From NCBI GenBank assembly GCA_963845965.1, contig CAWJUF010000027.1, positions 13,942 to 77,941 on the forward strand: a stretch of DNA of 64,000 bases, given 5' to 3'. This DNA comes from an uncultured Actinomycetes bacterium. Its GTDB lineage: Bacteria; Actinomycetota; Thermoleophilia; Gaiellales; Gaiellaceae. The number at the start of each line of letters is the position of its first letter. Within the stretch, counting starts at the first letter, position 1. Position numbers and translations under genes: made by a program. Shown here piece by piece: positions 1 to 10,477 of the stretch. The notes beneath the pieces are model-generated. The model saw only the letters and a program-made list of their open reading frames with translations. It was not told where the DNA came from and made no database searches.

Positions 1-1
1 C

Positions 2-157
2 CCGAACGAGGCAGACCGGGTCTGGGTGATCTTCGACTGGGACGCGGACGGCTGGCAGAGCTTCGCCACCGACCCGGAGGTGCCGGGGATCATGCAGGAG
101 GCCGGGCACAAGGGGCGGCCCCAGGTCGCAGAGCTCGGCGGCCGGTACGAGGCATAA
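2..157 (+). CDS. 3' part of a small hypothetical protein (truncated by window edge)
   Basis: Open frame PNEADRVWVIFDWDADGWQSFATDPEVPGIMQEAG...EA* with high-GC codon usage, TAA at 155-157. Confidence 0.6.
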   Translation, partial: PNEADRVWVIFDWDADGWQSFATDPEVPGIMQEAGHKGRPQVAELGGRYEA

Positions 158-168
158 CAGGTCTCGCC

Positions 169-423
169 GTGCGACACGCCGATCCGGGACGACTCGACCC
201 AGGGAAACGCGGTGAGCGGCCGGCCGGGCTGACCGAGCGCGAGCTGGAGGTCCTGCTCGTGCTCGTGCGCGGCGGGTCGAACCGGACGATCGCCGACGAT
301 CTCGGCATCTCGGGCAAGACCGTCGGGCACCACGTCCAGCGCGTCTACCGGAAGGCCGGAGTCCACAGCCGGGCCGCGGCGACCCTCTGGGCCGTCGAGC
401 ACGACCTCGTGCACCCCGGATAG
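169..423 (+). CDS. LuxR-type HTH protein (stand-alone or fragment)
   Basis: GLTERELEVL...SNRTIADDLGISGKTVGHHVQRVYRK LuxR HTH signature. Confidence 0.75.
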   Translation: MRHADPGRLDPGKRGERPAGLTERELEVLLVLVRGGSNRTIADDLGISGKTVGHHVQRVYRKAGVHSRAAATLWAVEHDLVHPG

Positions 424-467
424 GCGTCGCCTGACGAGGCACTGAGGGTCGAGGTGACCGCGACGAG

Positions 468-502
468 CGAGCGAAGCCCCGCAATCGCGGGGTTTCGCTC
501 GC
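468..502. terminator. hairpin between convergent genes, probable terminator
   Basis: gcgagcgaagccccgc-aatc-gcggggtttcgctcgc inverted repeat. Confidence 0.55.
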
Positions 503-509
503 AGCGTCT

Positions 510-2123
510 CTACGGGCGTTCGGCTGCCTCGAGACGTGGTGGGCGGCCCTCGCGCAGCGCTCTCGGCCAGATCCCCTGCTTGCCGGGCGAGAGGATCCCG
601 TTCGGGTCGATCGCGTCCTTGATCGTCTCGGCGAACCGCAGGTAGGCGTGGTCGCCGAAGGAATACTGCTCGGCTGCGAGGTCCATGAAGTCGAGGTGCG
701 AGCGGTACTCGCCGTACCCGTGCTTCGCGGCCTCGCGGACGAGGAGGCGGCTCGTGTCGTACGCGCGGCGCGCCTCGGCCTCGTTCTTCGTGTCGAAGAT
801 GATCAGCGTCACGTGGATGAAGCTCCGTGCGTTCGTCGGGATGAAGACGGCCGCATAGTCGAGTCGCGCCTGGCGCTCGACGAGGCCGCGGATGAGGCCG
901 CGGAGAGCGACCGCGTCGGGCCCCGTGAGCCGCGCGACCGGTGAGAAGCCGATGTGGCCGCCTTCGTCGCCTCCGTACCACCCGGTCATCTGGTTGAGCT
1001 CGAGGTTGGGGACTCCCGCCTGGACACGCTCGTGCGGATTCTCGAGCTCGGCGACGTCCTCGGGCGAGTGCTTCTGGCCCCAGACCTCCGCTCCGGGGAT
1101 CCGCTCGAATGCCTCCTTCACCTTCCGGAAGCGGTGGTCGACGACGGCCTCGTCGCCGTACAGGGCGAAGCGCATCATCCAGCGCCCGACCTCCATCTCG
1201 CGCGCCATCCGGTCGATGGTCGAGTCCGGGATCGGGTCGTCACCGTCGTGCCAAAGCGACCGCGAGGACATCACCGATGCGAACGCGATCGTGTTCCAGA
1301 TCTGGGGCACGTTCTCGATCGTGCGGTCGAGCATCAGCGCTCTCAGCGTCTCGATGAGTGCGGGCAGGTCGTCCTCGTTCCAGACTCGGAGCCACAGCGG
1401 CATGTAGCACTCCGGGTACGGCATGAGCCAGACGCCCATCTTCGTGACGATCCCGAAGTTCGACTGCATGAAGAGCGGGTCGAGGGTCGGGCCGAGGCTG
1501 CGCTTGTACACGTGCCAGGCCTGGTTGCCCGGCATCGCCCCCATGCCCGTGCGCATAACCTCGCCGCTCGGCAGCACGATCTCCATGCCGCAGCCGGCCG
1601 CCATGTCCGCCCCGGTCGGGAGGTACGTCGCGCCGTTCTCGAGGGTGTTGCCGACGACGCTGCCCCAGCCGAGGTCGGGGATCGAGAGCATGAGCCTGTG
1701 GCCGCCCGCGCGCAGCGCGTCGTAGAGGTCGAACCAGCGGACGCCGGGCTCGACGACGGCATACGCGCTGTCCTCGTTGATCTCGAGCACGCGGTTCATC
1801 CGGCGCAGGCTCACGATCACGGATCCCTTCACCCGGGGCGCCGGGCCGCCGTAGCCGTTGTTCATCCCCGTGCCGTGCGTCCAGAGCGGAACCTTGTGCT
1901 CGTTGGCGATCCGCACGATCTGCTGGATCTCCTCGACGGTCTGCGGCATCAGCGCCGCCGAGGCGGTGTAGTCGTCCCAGGTCGCATGCGCGAACGGGTC
2001 CCGGAACTCGCGTAGCTCGTCCTCTCCCGCGTGCACGGCGTCGGGTCCGAGCGCGGAGCGGAACGCGTCGAGCGCGGCCGAGAGGGTCTCCTCGGAGACC
2101 TGCGGAGACAGCATGCTTGTCAT
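510..2123 (-). CDS. FAD-binding oxidoreductase, vanillyl-alcohol oxidase/4-cresol dehydrogenase flavoprotein family
   Basis: GMNNGYGG, VEPGV, PDLGWGSVVGNTLENG, GGHIGFSP, YR and DPNGILSPGKQGIW motifs. Confidence 0.88.
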   Translation of the reverse strand: MTSMLSPQVSEETLSAALDAFRSALGPDAVHAGEDELREFRDPFAHATWDDYTASAALMPQTVEEIQQIVRIANEHKVPLWTHGTGMNNGYGGPAPRVKGSVIVSLRRMNRVLEINEDSAYAVVEPGVRWFDLYDALRAGGHRLMLSIPDLGWGSVVGNTLENGATYLPTGADMAAGCGMEIVLPSGEVMRTGMGAMPGNQAWHVYKRSLGPTLDPLFMQSNFGIVTKMGVWLMPYPECYMPLWLRVWNEDDLPALIETLRALMLDRTIENVPQIWNTIAFASVMSSRSLWHDGDDPIPDSTIDRMAREMEVGRWMMRFALYGDEAVVDHRFRKVKEAFERIPGAEVWGQKHSPEDVAELENPHERVQAGVPNLELNQMTGWYGGDEGGHIGFSPVARLTGPDAVALRGLIRGLVERQARLDYAAVFIPTNARSFIHVTLIIFDTKNEAEARRAYDTSRLLVREAAKHGYGEYRSHLDFMDLAAEQYSFGDHAYLRFAETIKDAIDPNGILSPGKQGIWPRALREGRPPRLEAAERP

Positions 2124-2253
2124 CGGGCACCTCCGGTCTGGCTCGGCGTCCACCGGCGACCGGCAGGGCCAACCCTGGACGACGTGGCGTAGGGGCGAAC
2201 GCAGCCCCGGGACGACCGATCATACGACGCCGCGCTGGATACCTTGTGCGCTC

Positions 2254-3120
2254 GTGGCCGACGTGCGGCGCATCCAAAGTGACGGTGTCGGTCTCCACGT
2301 CGAGCTCGAGGGGCCGGAGGACGGAGCGCCGGTCGTGTTCCTACACGGGGTCGGCTCGAGCGGCCGGACGTGGGAATGGCTCCCGGACGAGCTCGGACGG
2401 GGCCGGCGGATCGTCCGGCTGGACCTCCGCGGCCACGGGCTGTCCGACCACGCGCCCGGCACCTACGTTCTCCCGCGCTACGGCGCCGACGTCGTCGCCG
2501 TGCTGCGCTCGGTCGCCTCGACCCCCGTGGCCCTCGTCGGGAACTCGCTCGGCGGCGTCGTCGCCTGGTGGGTCGCGCAGAACCATCCCGGCCTTGTCAC
2601 CGCGGCGTTGCTCGAGGATCCGCCGCTCCTCGCGGGCGAGACGGCGGAGCCCGAGGTCAGGAGGTTCAGGGACGTCTTCCACGCCGTCAAGGCCGTGATC
2701 CTCGAGAGCCGGGAGCGCGGGCTCTCGGAGGAGGAGACGGCGGAGCACATCGGAACGATCCGCTGGGGCCCGCCGGGGACGCCGCCGCTCGGCGAGATCC
2801 TGACGGACGACGGGCTTGCCACGATGGCCTTCGGGTACCGCCGGCTCGACATCGGGGTGATCGACGGCGCGATCGACGGCTCGACCCTCGCCGCGGCGGA
2901 GACCAGGTCGCCCGTCACGCCGCACGTGGTCGTCGTCGCCGCGGACGACGCGGCCGGCGCCGCCTTCTCGACCGGCGACGAGGAGCGCCTCGCGCAGAGC
3001 CAGCCGGCGGTCGAGGTCGTCCGCGTCGCGGGGAGCGGCCACCGGATCCACGACATGCGAGACCACCGCGAGGCTCTCACGGGCCACCTGCGCCGGTTCC
3101 TGGACATGTACGCGCGCTGA
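2254..3120 (+). CDS. alpha/beta hydrolase
   Basis: FLHGVG, DLRGHGLSD, GNSLGG nucleophile elbow, C-terminal GH; start approximate. Confidence 0.85.
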   Translation: MADVRRIQSDGVGLHVELEGPEDGAPVVFLHGVGSSGRTWEWLPDELGRGRRIVRLDLRGHGLSDHAPGTYVLPRYGADVVAVLRSVASTPVALVGNSLGGVVAWWVAQNHPGLVTAALLEDPPLLAGETAEPEVRRFRDVFHAVKAVILESRERGLSEEETAEHIGTIRWGPPGTPPLGEILTDDGLATMAFGYRRLDIGVIDGAIDGSTLAAAETRSPVTPHVVVVAADDAAGAAFSTGDEERLAQSQPAVEVVRVAGSGHRIHDMRDHREALTGHLRRFLDMYAR

Positions 3121-3167
3121 GGGTCCTCGGTCGACCCCGTGCCGCTCGCCGCGCAGGATCCGCGTCG

Positions 3168-3797
3168 CTACATGCGGGAGACCGCGCGCACGACCGCGTC
3201 GACACCGGTGCCGGCCGCGGTCCGGGGTCGCTCCTCGGCGACTTCGATCCGCCAGTCGCGCGGATCCAGCGCGTCGACGGCGGAATCGACGGAGACCTGC
3301 ACCTGTCCCGCCGCTGGGGTCGGAGCACCGGTTGCGGGGTCGAGGGGACGGTGGCCGACCAGGAGCAGAGTCCCGCTGGGCGCCACACCGGCCCCGAGCC
3401 GTCGGACCATCTCGCCGACGGATCCCTGTACGTGGACGTACAGGCTGATGACGAGGTCGTAGTGCCGCGGCGATGGCGTCCAGGTCGTCAGGTCGCCCTC
3501 GGTCCACTCGATGCGCTCGGCAACGTCCGTGGCGACGGCCTGGGCTGCCGACCGGGCGATATCCAGGGCGGTCACCGCATAGTCGACTGCCGTGACCCGC
3601 CACCCGCGTGACGCGAGCCAACGTGCTTCGGCCCCGTGCCCGCAACCCGCGTCGAGGGCGCGCCCTGGTTGCAGATCCGCGGTCTCGGCCAGCAGGTGCG
3701 CGTTCGGCCGGCGACCCGCGATTCCGTCCGGATGGTCGCGCAGCGCTCGAGCCCAACGCCGTTCCCAATGGTCCCGATCGAGTCTCTCGCTGCTCAA
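3168..3797 (-). CDS. class I SAM-dependent methyltransferase
   Basis: ALDAGCGHG motif I, VTAVD, EGDL. Confidence 0.85.
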   Translation of the reverse strand: MSSERLDRDHWERRWARALRDHPDGIAGRRPNAHLLAETADLQPGRALDAGCGHGAEARWLASRGWRVTAVDYAVTALDIARSAAQAVATDVAERIEWTEGDLTTWTPSPRHYDLVISLYVHVQGSVGEMVRRLGAGVAPSGTLLLVGHRPLDPATGAPTPAAGQVQVSVDSAVDALDPRDWRIEVAEERPRTAAGTGVDAVVRAVSRM

Positions 3798-3857
3798 GAC
3801 GGGGCCCCGACGATCCCACTCTTGTCATGCATGGCCGTTGGAGGGGAGAATGCAGCC

Positions 3858-4064
3858 ATGCCTCGCCCTGCGGCCGACAGCGAGACTAGACCCCGTCCTG
3901 CGCGCGCGGAGTGTGCTGGTTGCGGCATCGAGGCCGATCAGCGATTCACCGTCGCCGAGCACTGGACGTGGTGGAGCAACGGCCCGGGTGAGCTCGTGCC
4001 CTACTGCCCGACGTGCGCGGAGCAGGAGTTCGGCCACCGTACGGCTCTGACGTCCGGTAACTGA
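3858..4064 (+). CDS. small Zn-ribbon-like hypothetical protein
   Basis: CAGC...W.WWS.G.GEL.PYCPTC, two CxxC motifs. Confidence 0.55.
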   Translation: MPRPAADSETRPRPARAECAGCGIEADQRFTVAEHWTWWSNGPGELVPYCPTCAEQEFGHRTALTSGN

Positions 4065-4357
4065 GCTCAGCGCGACACCCGCTCGGTGAAAGCACTGTCG
4101 AGAACATATGTCCGCGTCGCTTGGTGGTGGGCATACCATTGATCTGTGCGCCGCCTGGTCATGACGGGGGAGGGAGCCCGGCTCTACTCCGAGGCGATGG
4201 GCCGGCTCTGGACGGCGTTCGAGCGGGGGGCAGATCACGTCCGAGGACTACTTCGCTCGCGTGACGGCGATCTCACAGTGGGTGCGAGAGCGTGGCTTCG
4301 TCGTGCTCCCCGACGACTTCTTCTTCGCGCACGATCGCTAGCCGCCCTTCTCAGCGA

Positions 4358-4430
4358 TGGAGCTAGGCGGACTCGAACCGCCGACCTCCTGGGTGCGATC
4401 CAGGCGCTCTCCCAACTGAGCTATAGCCCC
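4358..4430 (-). tRNA. tRNA-Ala(CGC)
   Basis: Reverse complement GGGGCTATAGCTCAGTTGGGAGAGCGCCTGGATCGCACCCAGGAGGTCGGCGGTTCGAGTCCGCCTAGCTCCA; G3:U70 pair, anticodon CGC. Confidence 0.95.
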
Positions 4431-4454
4431 GCGAGGGGGAAAGTGTAGCGCCGC

Positions 4455-4729
4455 TCAGGCCGCTCGCACCGAAGCGCCCGGCGCGGATTGCGCGCTCCAT
4501 CTCCGCCGATTGCTCGCGGTACCACGTGCCGTCCTCGAGCTCGATCGCCGGCAGCCCGCTCTGGCCGGTGCGCCGCGATCACGGCCGTCCGCTTCTTGCG
4601 CGACGGCCACGGCTCGGGGACGATCTCGTACTCGACGCCCATCTCGTCGAGCGCCTTCTGGACGCGCCAGCACGGATGGCCGGAGAGCTTGACCCAGGTG
4701 AGCGGGCAGCGGTGGAGCTTGAGCGCCAT
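4455..4729 (-). CDS. glutathione S-transferase N-terminal/glutaredoxin-like protein (frameshifted)
   Basis: MALKLHRC...HPCWRVQKALDEMGVEYE then, after a shift, GQSGLPAIELEDGTWYREQS; 3' end approximate. Confidence 0.7.
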
Positions 4730-4777
4730 GGACGGCTCCTTTCCCTCACGTTGGAGAGGCGACCCTACGATACGCTC

Positions 4778-5628
4778 GTGCGCGCCGTCGTCGTGGGGCC
4801 GGGCGGGGAAGCCAGCGCTCGCGGACGTGGCCGAGCCCGAAGGGCCGGGAGAGCTCGTGCGCGGGTCGCCGCGTGCGGGCTCTGCGGGTCGGACGTCGAG
4901 AAGCTCGACGCCGCCCACGCCGGCGCCGTCCTCGGCCACGAGGTCGTCGCGGAGCTCGGCGACGGCCGACGGGTCGCGCTCGTCCACCACGCCTCCTGCG
5001 GCGAGTGCGACCGCTGCCTCGCCGGCCACGAGTCGACGTGCGAGCGGTTCGCGGTGCCCACCATCCGGCCCGGCGGCTTCGCCGAGCGCGTCCGGGCGGA
5101 GGCGTGGGTCGACCTCCCGGAGAACTGGCCGGATTGGCGCGGGACGATGGTCGAGCCGCTCGCCTGCGTCCTTCGCGGCGCCGCCCGGGTGCCGTCCGGG
5201 GCGCATGCTGATCGTGGGGAACGGGTTCATCGGGCGCTTGTTCGGGGTCGTGCTCGAGCGGCGCGGAGACGAGGTGTTCGCCGTCGACGTCGACCCGCGG
5301 CGTGCGGGTCGCGCGCCGGACGGGCCGGTCGACGCTGTCGTCCTCTCGGGCCGTGGTGGCGTCGACACGGCACTCGAGTCGGTCGATGCCCGGCGGCACG
5401 GTGCTCGTCTTCGCCGACGCCGGCCCGATACCGGCGGCGGAGGTCTATCGCCGCGAGCTGACCGTCGTCGGGACGCGCTCGGCCGCGCCGCCGTACATGC
5501 CCGAGGCCCTCGCGCTGCTCCATGACATCGACGTGCCCGAGCCGACCGTGCTGCCGCTCGAGCGCTTCGCCGAGGGTCTCGAGCTCTTCCGCCGCCGCGA
5601 TGCCCTGAAGGTCGTCTTCACTCCCTGA
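4778..5628 (+). CDS. zinc-dependent alcohol dehydrogenase (frameshifted)
   Basis: CGLCGSD, LGHE, CGECDRC, EPLAC, GNGFIG and LKVVFTP spread over frames. Confidence 0.8.
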
Positions 5629-5629
5629 C

Positions 5630-6311
5630 GTGTTCCGGTCACGCCGACGCGTGGTCGTGTTCCCGCAGCGTGAGCATGCGCGGTTCTCGGCCGCGCTGGC
5701 CGACGCCTGGAGCGACGCCTTCGTGCCGCTCCGGCTCCGCCGGGAGCGCTTCGTTCGAGGCGTCGCGGTGCACGACCGCGGATACGGCGAGCACGACGCC
5801 GACGAGATCGGGCAGGTGCCGAGCGACCGGTGGCTCGCGATCCAGGAGCGCGGCTTTGCGCCGACCGGCGAGGACACGTCGTGGATCTCGTCGTCGCGCT
5901 GCACGTGCGCCGGCTCGTGTCGGGCGGCGACGACGACGCGGCGCGCGCGCTCTGCGGGCGATGGACGACGGGCTCCCCGCGCTCGTCCGGGAGGCGGCGG
6001 CAGTCTCGCAGGAAGACGCCGCCGCGGCCGACGGATCACCGACCTCTGCGACCGCATCTCCTTCGACTTCTGCCTCGAGGAGCCGGGGTCGGGCGTCGAC
6101 GGGAGTCGTCGGGGCCGACGGAGGCACGAGCGCCGTATCGCCTACGCGGTGGACGGCCACGGGACGATCGTGCTCGATCCGTGGCCGCTCGAAGCGCGCA
6201 CGGCTCGGCGGCGTCCGTGCTCGCGTACGCCGCCGACGGGCATACCCGGAGGTGCTCGAGGAGGTCGCCACGCCGTTCGCCGTAGAGCCGAGGGGCGGCG
6301 CGGGACGATGA
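5630..6311 (+). CDS. DUF3891-like protein (frameshifted)
   Basis: FPQREHARFSAALADAW...HDRGY, then CDRISFDFC and LDPWPL. Confidence 0.65.
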
Positions 6312-7271
6312 GGACGATGCGCGCGCTCGTCTTCCACGGCCCCCGGCGACCTGCGGCTCGAGGACGTCCCCGAGCCGACGCCGGCCGAGGGCGAGGTGCT
6401 CCTGCAGGTCGAGGTCGCGCTCACCGACGGCACCGACCTGAAGGCCTACCGCCGCGGGCACCCGGTGCTGCTCGGGCCGCCGCCGAGCCCCTTCGGCCAC
6501 GAGGTCTGCGGGATCGACGTCGCGACGGGCCGTCGCATGGTGGTCGCGAACTCGGCGCCGTGCGGCGCGTGCGCCGCCGTGCACGCGCGGGTCAGGAGAC
6601 GCTCTGCGAGCGCCTCTTCCCGCTCCTGAACGGCGCGTACGCCGAGCTGCTTCTCGTTCCGGAGCGGATCGCGCGCACGGAACCTCCTCCCCGTCCCGCC
6701 CGGGTCTTGCGTCGGAGGTCGCCGCGATGGCCGAGCCGCTCGCGTGCTGCCTCCACGGCGTCGACGTCGCCGGTGTCACAGCGCGGCGACACGGTCGCGA
6801 TCGTCGGGCTCGGGCCGATCGGGCTGATGCTCTGCGCGTGCGTCGCCGACGCGGGCGGGCATCCCGTCGGCGTCGGCTCCCGCGAGGAGCGGCGCATGCT
6901 CGCGACCGCCTTCGGCGCGAGCGTCGGCGAGCCCGAGGGCGCGGACGTCGTGATCGAGGCCGCCGGCACCGTCGAGGCCTGGGAGTGCGCCCTCGAGCTC
7001 GTGCGGCCCGGCGGCACGGTGCTCGCGTTCGGCGGCCTGCCGCGCGGACGCGCGCGTCTCGGTCGACCCGTACCGGATCCACTACGAGGAGGTGCGGCTC
7101 GTCGGCTCGTTCCACCACACGCCGCGCCAGTTCCGGGCGGCGCTCGCCTTCCTCGCGAGCGGCGCGTATCCGTTCGAGCGGCTCGTCACGCACGCGGTCG
7201 GGCTGGACGGCGTCGCCGCGCTGTTCGACGACCCGCCGCGGGACTACCTCAAGGCGGCGGTCCGGCCGTGA
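6308..7271 (+). CDS. zinc-binding dehydrogenase (frameshifted)
   Basis: MRALVFHGP.DLRLEDVP, TDGTDLK, FGHE, EPLACC, GLGPIG, YLKAAVRP*. Confidence 0.8.
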
Positions 7272-8346
7272 CGCTCTCGGCGCGGCGGCTCAACCGCGCC
7301 GTCCTCGCCCGGCAACTGCTCCTCGCACGCGCGCGGATCCCGATCGGCCGAGCCCTCGAGCGCGTCGGCGGCCTTCAGGCCCAGTACGCCCCCTCGCCGT
7401 ACATCCGACTCTGGTCGATGCTCGAAGGCTTCTCGCGCGACGACCTCACCCGAGCGCTCGAGCGGCGCCGCGCCGTCCAGGGGACGTTCATGCGCTCGAC
7501 GATCCACATCGTCTCGCCGCGCGACTACTGGCAGCTTCGCCGCGGGGGTCGGCCCGTCACGGCGGGAGTGGTGGCTCAGCACCTGGGGGCGCCACGAGCC
7601 CGCCGCGAACGTCGACTTCGCCGCACGGGAGCTCGAGGGCGAGCTCGCGGGTCGCACGTGGCAGCGGAGGGAGATCGACGCCCTGCTCCCCGAGAAGAGC
7701 TCGACCGTGTGGTCGGGCATCTGGATCCCGCTCGTCCGGGTGCCGCCCTCGGGCACCTGGGAGCGCCGCCGCGCTGACCTGTTCAGGCTCGCAGCGGAGT
7801 GGCTGCCGCGCGAGCAGGTGACCGAGGACGAGGGGCTCGAGCATCTCCTCCGCCGCTACCTCTCGGCCTTCGGCCCCTCCACCCTGGCGGACGCGGCGAG
7901 CTGGGCCGGCGTGAAGCGCGCCATGCTCGTCCCCGTCGCCGAGCGGATCCCGACGAGGACGTTCCATGACGAGGACGGCAGGAAGCTCCTCGACCTTCCC
8001 CGCGCCCCGCTCCCGCCCGAGAAGACCCGTGCGCCGCCCCGCTTCCTCGGCCACTGGGACGCCGCTCTTCTCGTGCACGTGCGCCGCACGCAGATCCTGC
8101 CCGAGCGGTTCCGGCAGCTCGTGTTCTCGACGAAGACGCCCCAGTCGATGGCGACGTTCCTCGTGGACGGCGCCGTCGCCGGAGCCTGGCGGGTCGAGCG
8201 CAACGCGCAGCAAGGCGACGCTCCGGCTCGAGCCGTTCGAGCCTCTCCCCCGCGCTGCCCGCGACGAGCTGCGAAGCGAGGGCGAGGGGCTGGTCCGGTT
8301 CCACGAGCCGGATGCGATCAGCTACCGCCTACGGATAGACCAGTAG
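7268..8346 (+). CDS. HTH_42 winged-helix DNA glycosylase, AlkZ-like (frameshifted)
   Basis: LNRAVLARQLLL, GGLQAQY, MRSTIH, RRYLSAFGP, FLVDGAVAGAW. Confidence 0.8.
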
Positions 8347-8745
8347 CCCCTCCGCGTTCGCTGCGCGCCGCTGATCCTCGTCCCACGACACCAGGACCGG
8401 GTCGGCTTCCCGCAACACGACGGCCGACGCGATATGCAGGGCGTCCAGGGCGCGCAGGCGATTCTTCACGCCGATCCTGGCAGCGCTCCGCACGACGTGC
8501 GTGTCGGCGGTCACGAGATCGACCCGCTCCGTGAGGAACGTTCCGTCCATGACCGACCGGCTCAGCTTCTCGATCGCGAACCGGCCCGCACGTGCGGCCG
8601 CCGCGAGCGCGCAGGTCAATTCCGTGACGCTCAGCTCGGACGTCGATGCCGGGAACCCGCTCGACCACAGCTCGTCCACCTCTGCCGATCCGGGCTCGTC
8701 GAGAAACAGCTTGGCGAGCGCGGACGCGTCGAGGTACGCGATCAC
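8329..8745 (-). CDS. vapC: VapC PIN-domain toxin
   Basis: YLDASALAKL...LRALDALHIASA...SWDEDQRRAA. Confidence 0.88.
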   Translation of the reverse strand: MIAYLDASALAKLFLDEPGSAEVDELWSSGFPASTSELSVTELTCALAAAARAGRFAIEKLSRSVMDGTFLTERVDLVTADTHVVRSAARIGVKNRLRALDALHIASAVVLREADPVLVSWDEDQRRAANAEGLLVYP

Positions 8746-9044
8746 CGCTCCGGCTCGCCGCTCGGTTCCGGGTCGGGCACGGGCCAAGGCCCACCCTTGG
8801 CCCAATCGAGGAACGGCATGATCGTCCCCTCGACCGGCACGGGAGGCGGGAGTGCTCCGCGCGGGCGCGTCGCTCGGCGGACGCGGCCTTGGCGCGCCAG
8901 CCGATCGAGGACGGCTTCGGCTCCGGTCGGGCCTAGAACCGCCTTCGGCCTCCCACGCTCGGTGATGACGATCTCCTCGCCCGCGGCAGCGCGGTCGAGC
9001 CACGCACTCAGGCTCTCGCGAAACTCACGGACTCCGACCTTCAC
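8742..9044 (-). CDS. Phd/YefM-family antitoxin
   Basis: VGVREFRESLSAWLDRAAAGEEIVITERGRPKAVL; 4-bp overlap with vapC. Confidence 0.88.
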   Translation of the reverse strand: MKVGVREFRESLSAWLDRAAAGEEIVITERGRPKAVLGPTGAEAVLDRLARQGRVRRATRPRGALPPPVPVEGTIMPFLDWAKGGPWPVPDPEPSGEPER

Positions 9045-9107
9045 CGCCAGAGCGTAAAGTGTACGCACCCTTGATTCAAGTGTCCACAAAGGACACGGCC
9101 GACTCGG

Positions 9108-9783
9108 TCAGGCGTCGAACAGCGTGAGCTCGGGCTCGCGCTCGCCGCGGAGCAGCGCGAGGTCGACCTCGGCCCAGCCGAGCCCGCGCGCCTCGCAGAG
9201 GGTGCGCGCCTGCGGCTTGACCTCGGACGCCGCGAGAATCCCGCGACAGGCGCGGAGGGCCGGGTCGCGCTGGATCACCTCGAGGTAGCGCGAGAGCTGC
9301 TCGACCGCCTCGATCGTCCCGATTCGCTTGATCTCGACCGCGACCCAGCCGTCCTCGGCGTCGCGGCACATGAGGTCGACCGGCCCGACGTCGGTCGGCC
9401 ACTCACGGTGGACGAGGCGGAGGCCGTGCTCGACCGTCTCGGGCAGATCCGCCAGGACCTCCTGGAGGTGCCTCTCGACGCCGTCCTTCTCGAGTCCCGC
9501 GTCCTCGCCCAGCTCGTGCTCGAACTCTGCGAGGAGCTCCGAGATCCGGATCTCGAGCCTGTCCTCCGTCCGCCCCGCGCGCTTGCGGACGACGATCAGA
9601 TCCTCGCCGTCCTCGATCACCGTGGGCGGCGTCATCCAGTTGAGGGGCTTGTAGCCTCCGCTGTCCGCGTGGACGAGCACCGAGCCGTCGGCCTTGAAGA
9701 CGAGTAGCCGGATGGCCTCCGGGAGGTAGGCGCGTCAGGCGGCCGGTGTAGGTGACCTCGCAGCGGGCGACGACGAGACGCAC
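9108..9783 (-). CDS. nucS: endonuclease NucS/EndoMS (one frameshift near 9735)
   Basis: MRLVVARCEVTYTGRL, KADGSVLVHAD.GGYKPLNWM, KDGVE.HLQ, GPVDL, VEIKR, AVEQLSRY. Confidence 0.92.
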
Positions 9784-9859
9784 GGGCGGTGGACCGTAGC
9801 GACGTCCCCGGACGCGGCGCACAACGCGGCGCCGCCGACGGCCTCTCTATGCTCGCCCG

Positions 9860-10030
9860 ATGCGCGGGACATCCTGGCTCGTGGCGGTCCGGTTGATCCT
9901 CGGCGCCCTCGCCTTCTGCGGCGCGTGGCTCTGGCTCGGAGACGGCGAGCGAATCCTGGGCCCGGTCGTGCTCGTCGTCGCGCTGACGGGTCTCTGGGCC
10001 TTGAGCCGGCTCGAACGTCCGGGGCGGTAG
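9860..10030 (+). CDS. small two-TM membrane protein (56 aa)
   Basis: MRGTSWLVAVRLILGALAFCGAWLWLGDGERILGPVVLVVALTGLWALSRLERPGR*; TATGCT -10 box 6 nt before ATG. Confidence 0.6.
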   Translation: MRGTSWLVAVRLILGALAFCGAWLWLGDGERILGPVVLVVALTGLWALSRLERPGR

Positions 10031-10039
10031 GGTCGTCGA

Positions 10040-10309
10040 ATGCAGCAACGGGGGGAGATCTGCGTGCCCTGGTCCCGGCCCGAGCTCGCCGCGGTCCGCG
10101 AGACGATTGAGCTGACGCCCGAGTTCTCGGGCCGCGACGAGGTCCGCGCCGCTCTCGCGGCGCGGTCACCGGCGACGCAGCACCGCGACGTCACGCTCGA
10201 CGTCGAGCTCGCCGAGCGCCTCGCGGCGAACCTCCTTGCGCTCGACCTACAGACGGTGGTCGCCAAGTCGAAGCTGCTCCGCGCGCTGCGCGAGACGGAG
10301 CGACGCTAG
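10040..10309 (+). CDS. uncharacterised small protein, paralog 1 of the 'RxEL..RE..ELTP.F.GR' family
   Basis: Similar to 15043-15363 and 15501-15812; TAGGGT -10 box 6 nt before ATG. Confidence 0.8.
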   Translation: MQQRGEICVPWSRPELAAVRETIELTPEFSGRDEVRAALAARSPATQHRDVTLDVELAERLAANLLALDLQTVVAKSKLLRALRETERR

Positions 10310-10477
10310 ATGGTTGATCGGCAATTCGCGCGAACCGGATGGCGCCCCAGACACGGCGCCGGATCACCCCGTCCGGGCACGGCCCGTACCTTCGGGTACT
10401 GGCCGCACCCGGCCGGTGCGCCCGGCTTGGTCTGGGACGCCCCCGGACGTCACGCCGATTACCGATCAACCATCTAG
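10306..10477. repeat. 172-bp imperfect palindrome/MITE-like element with 16-bp terminal inverted repeats
   Basis: ctagatggttgatcgg ... ccgatcaaccatctag; nested pairing down to gtacc-ttcg-ggtac. Confidence 0.8.

Noticed and set aside
10306-10477. 6S RNA
   Set aside because: Right size, but no large central bubble, and perfect terminal repeats overlap two stop codons.
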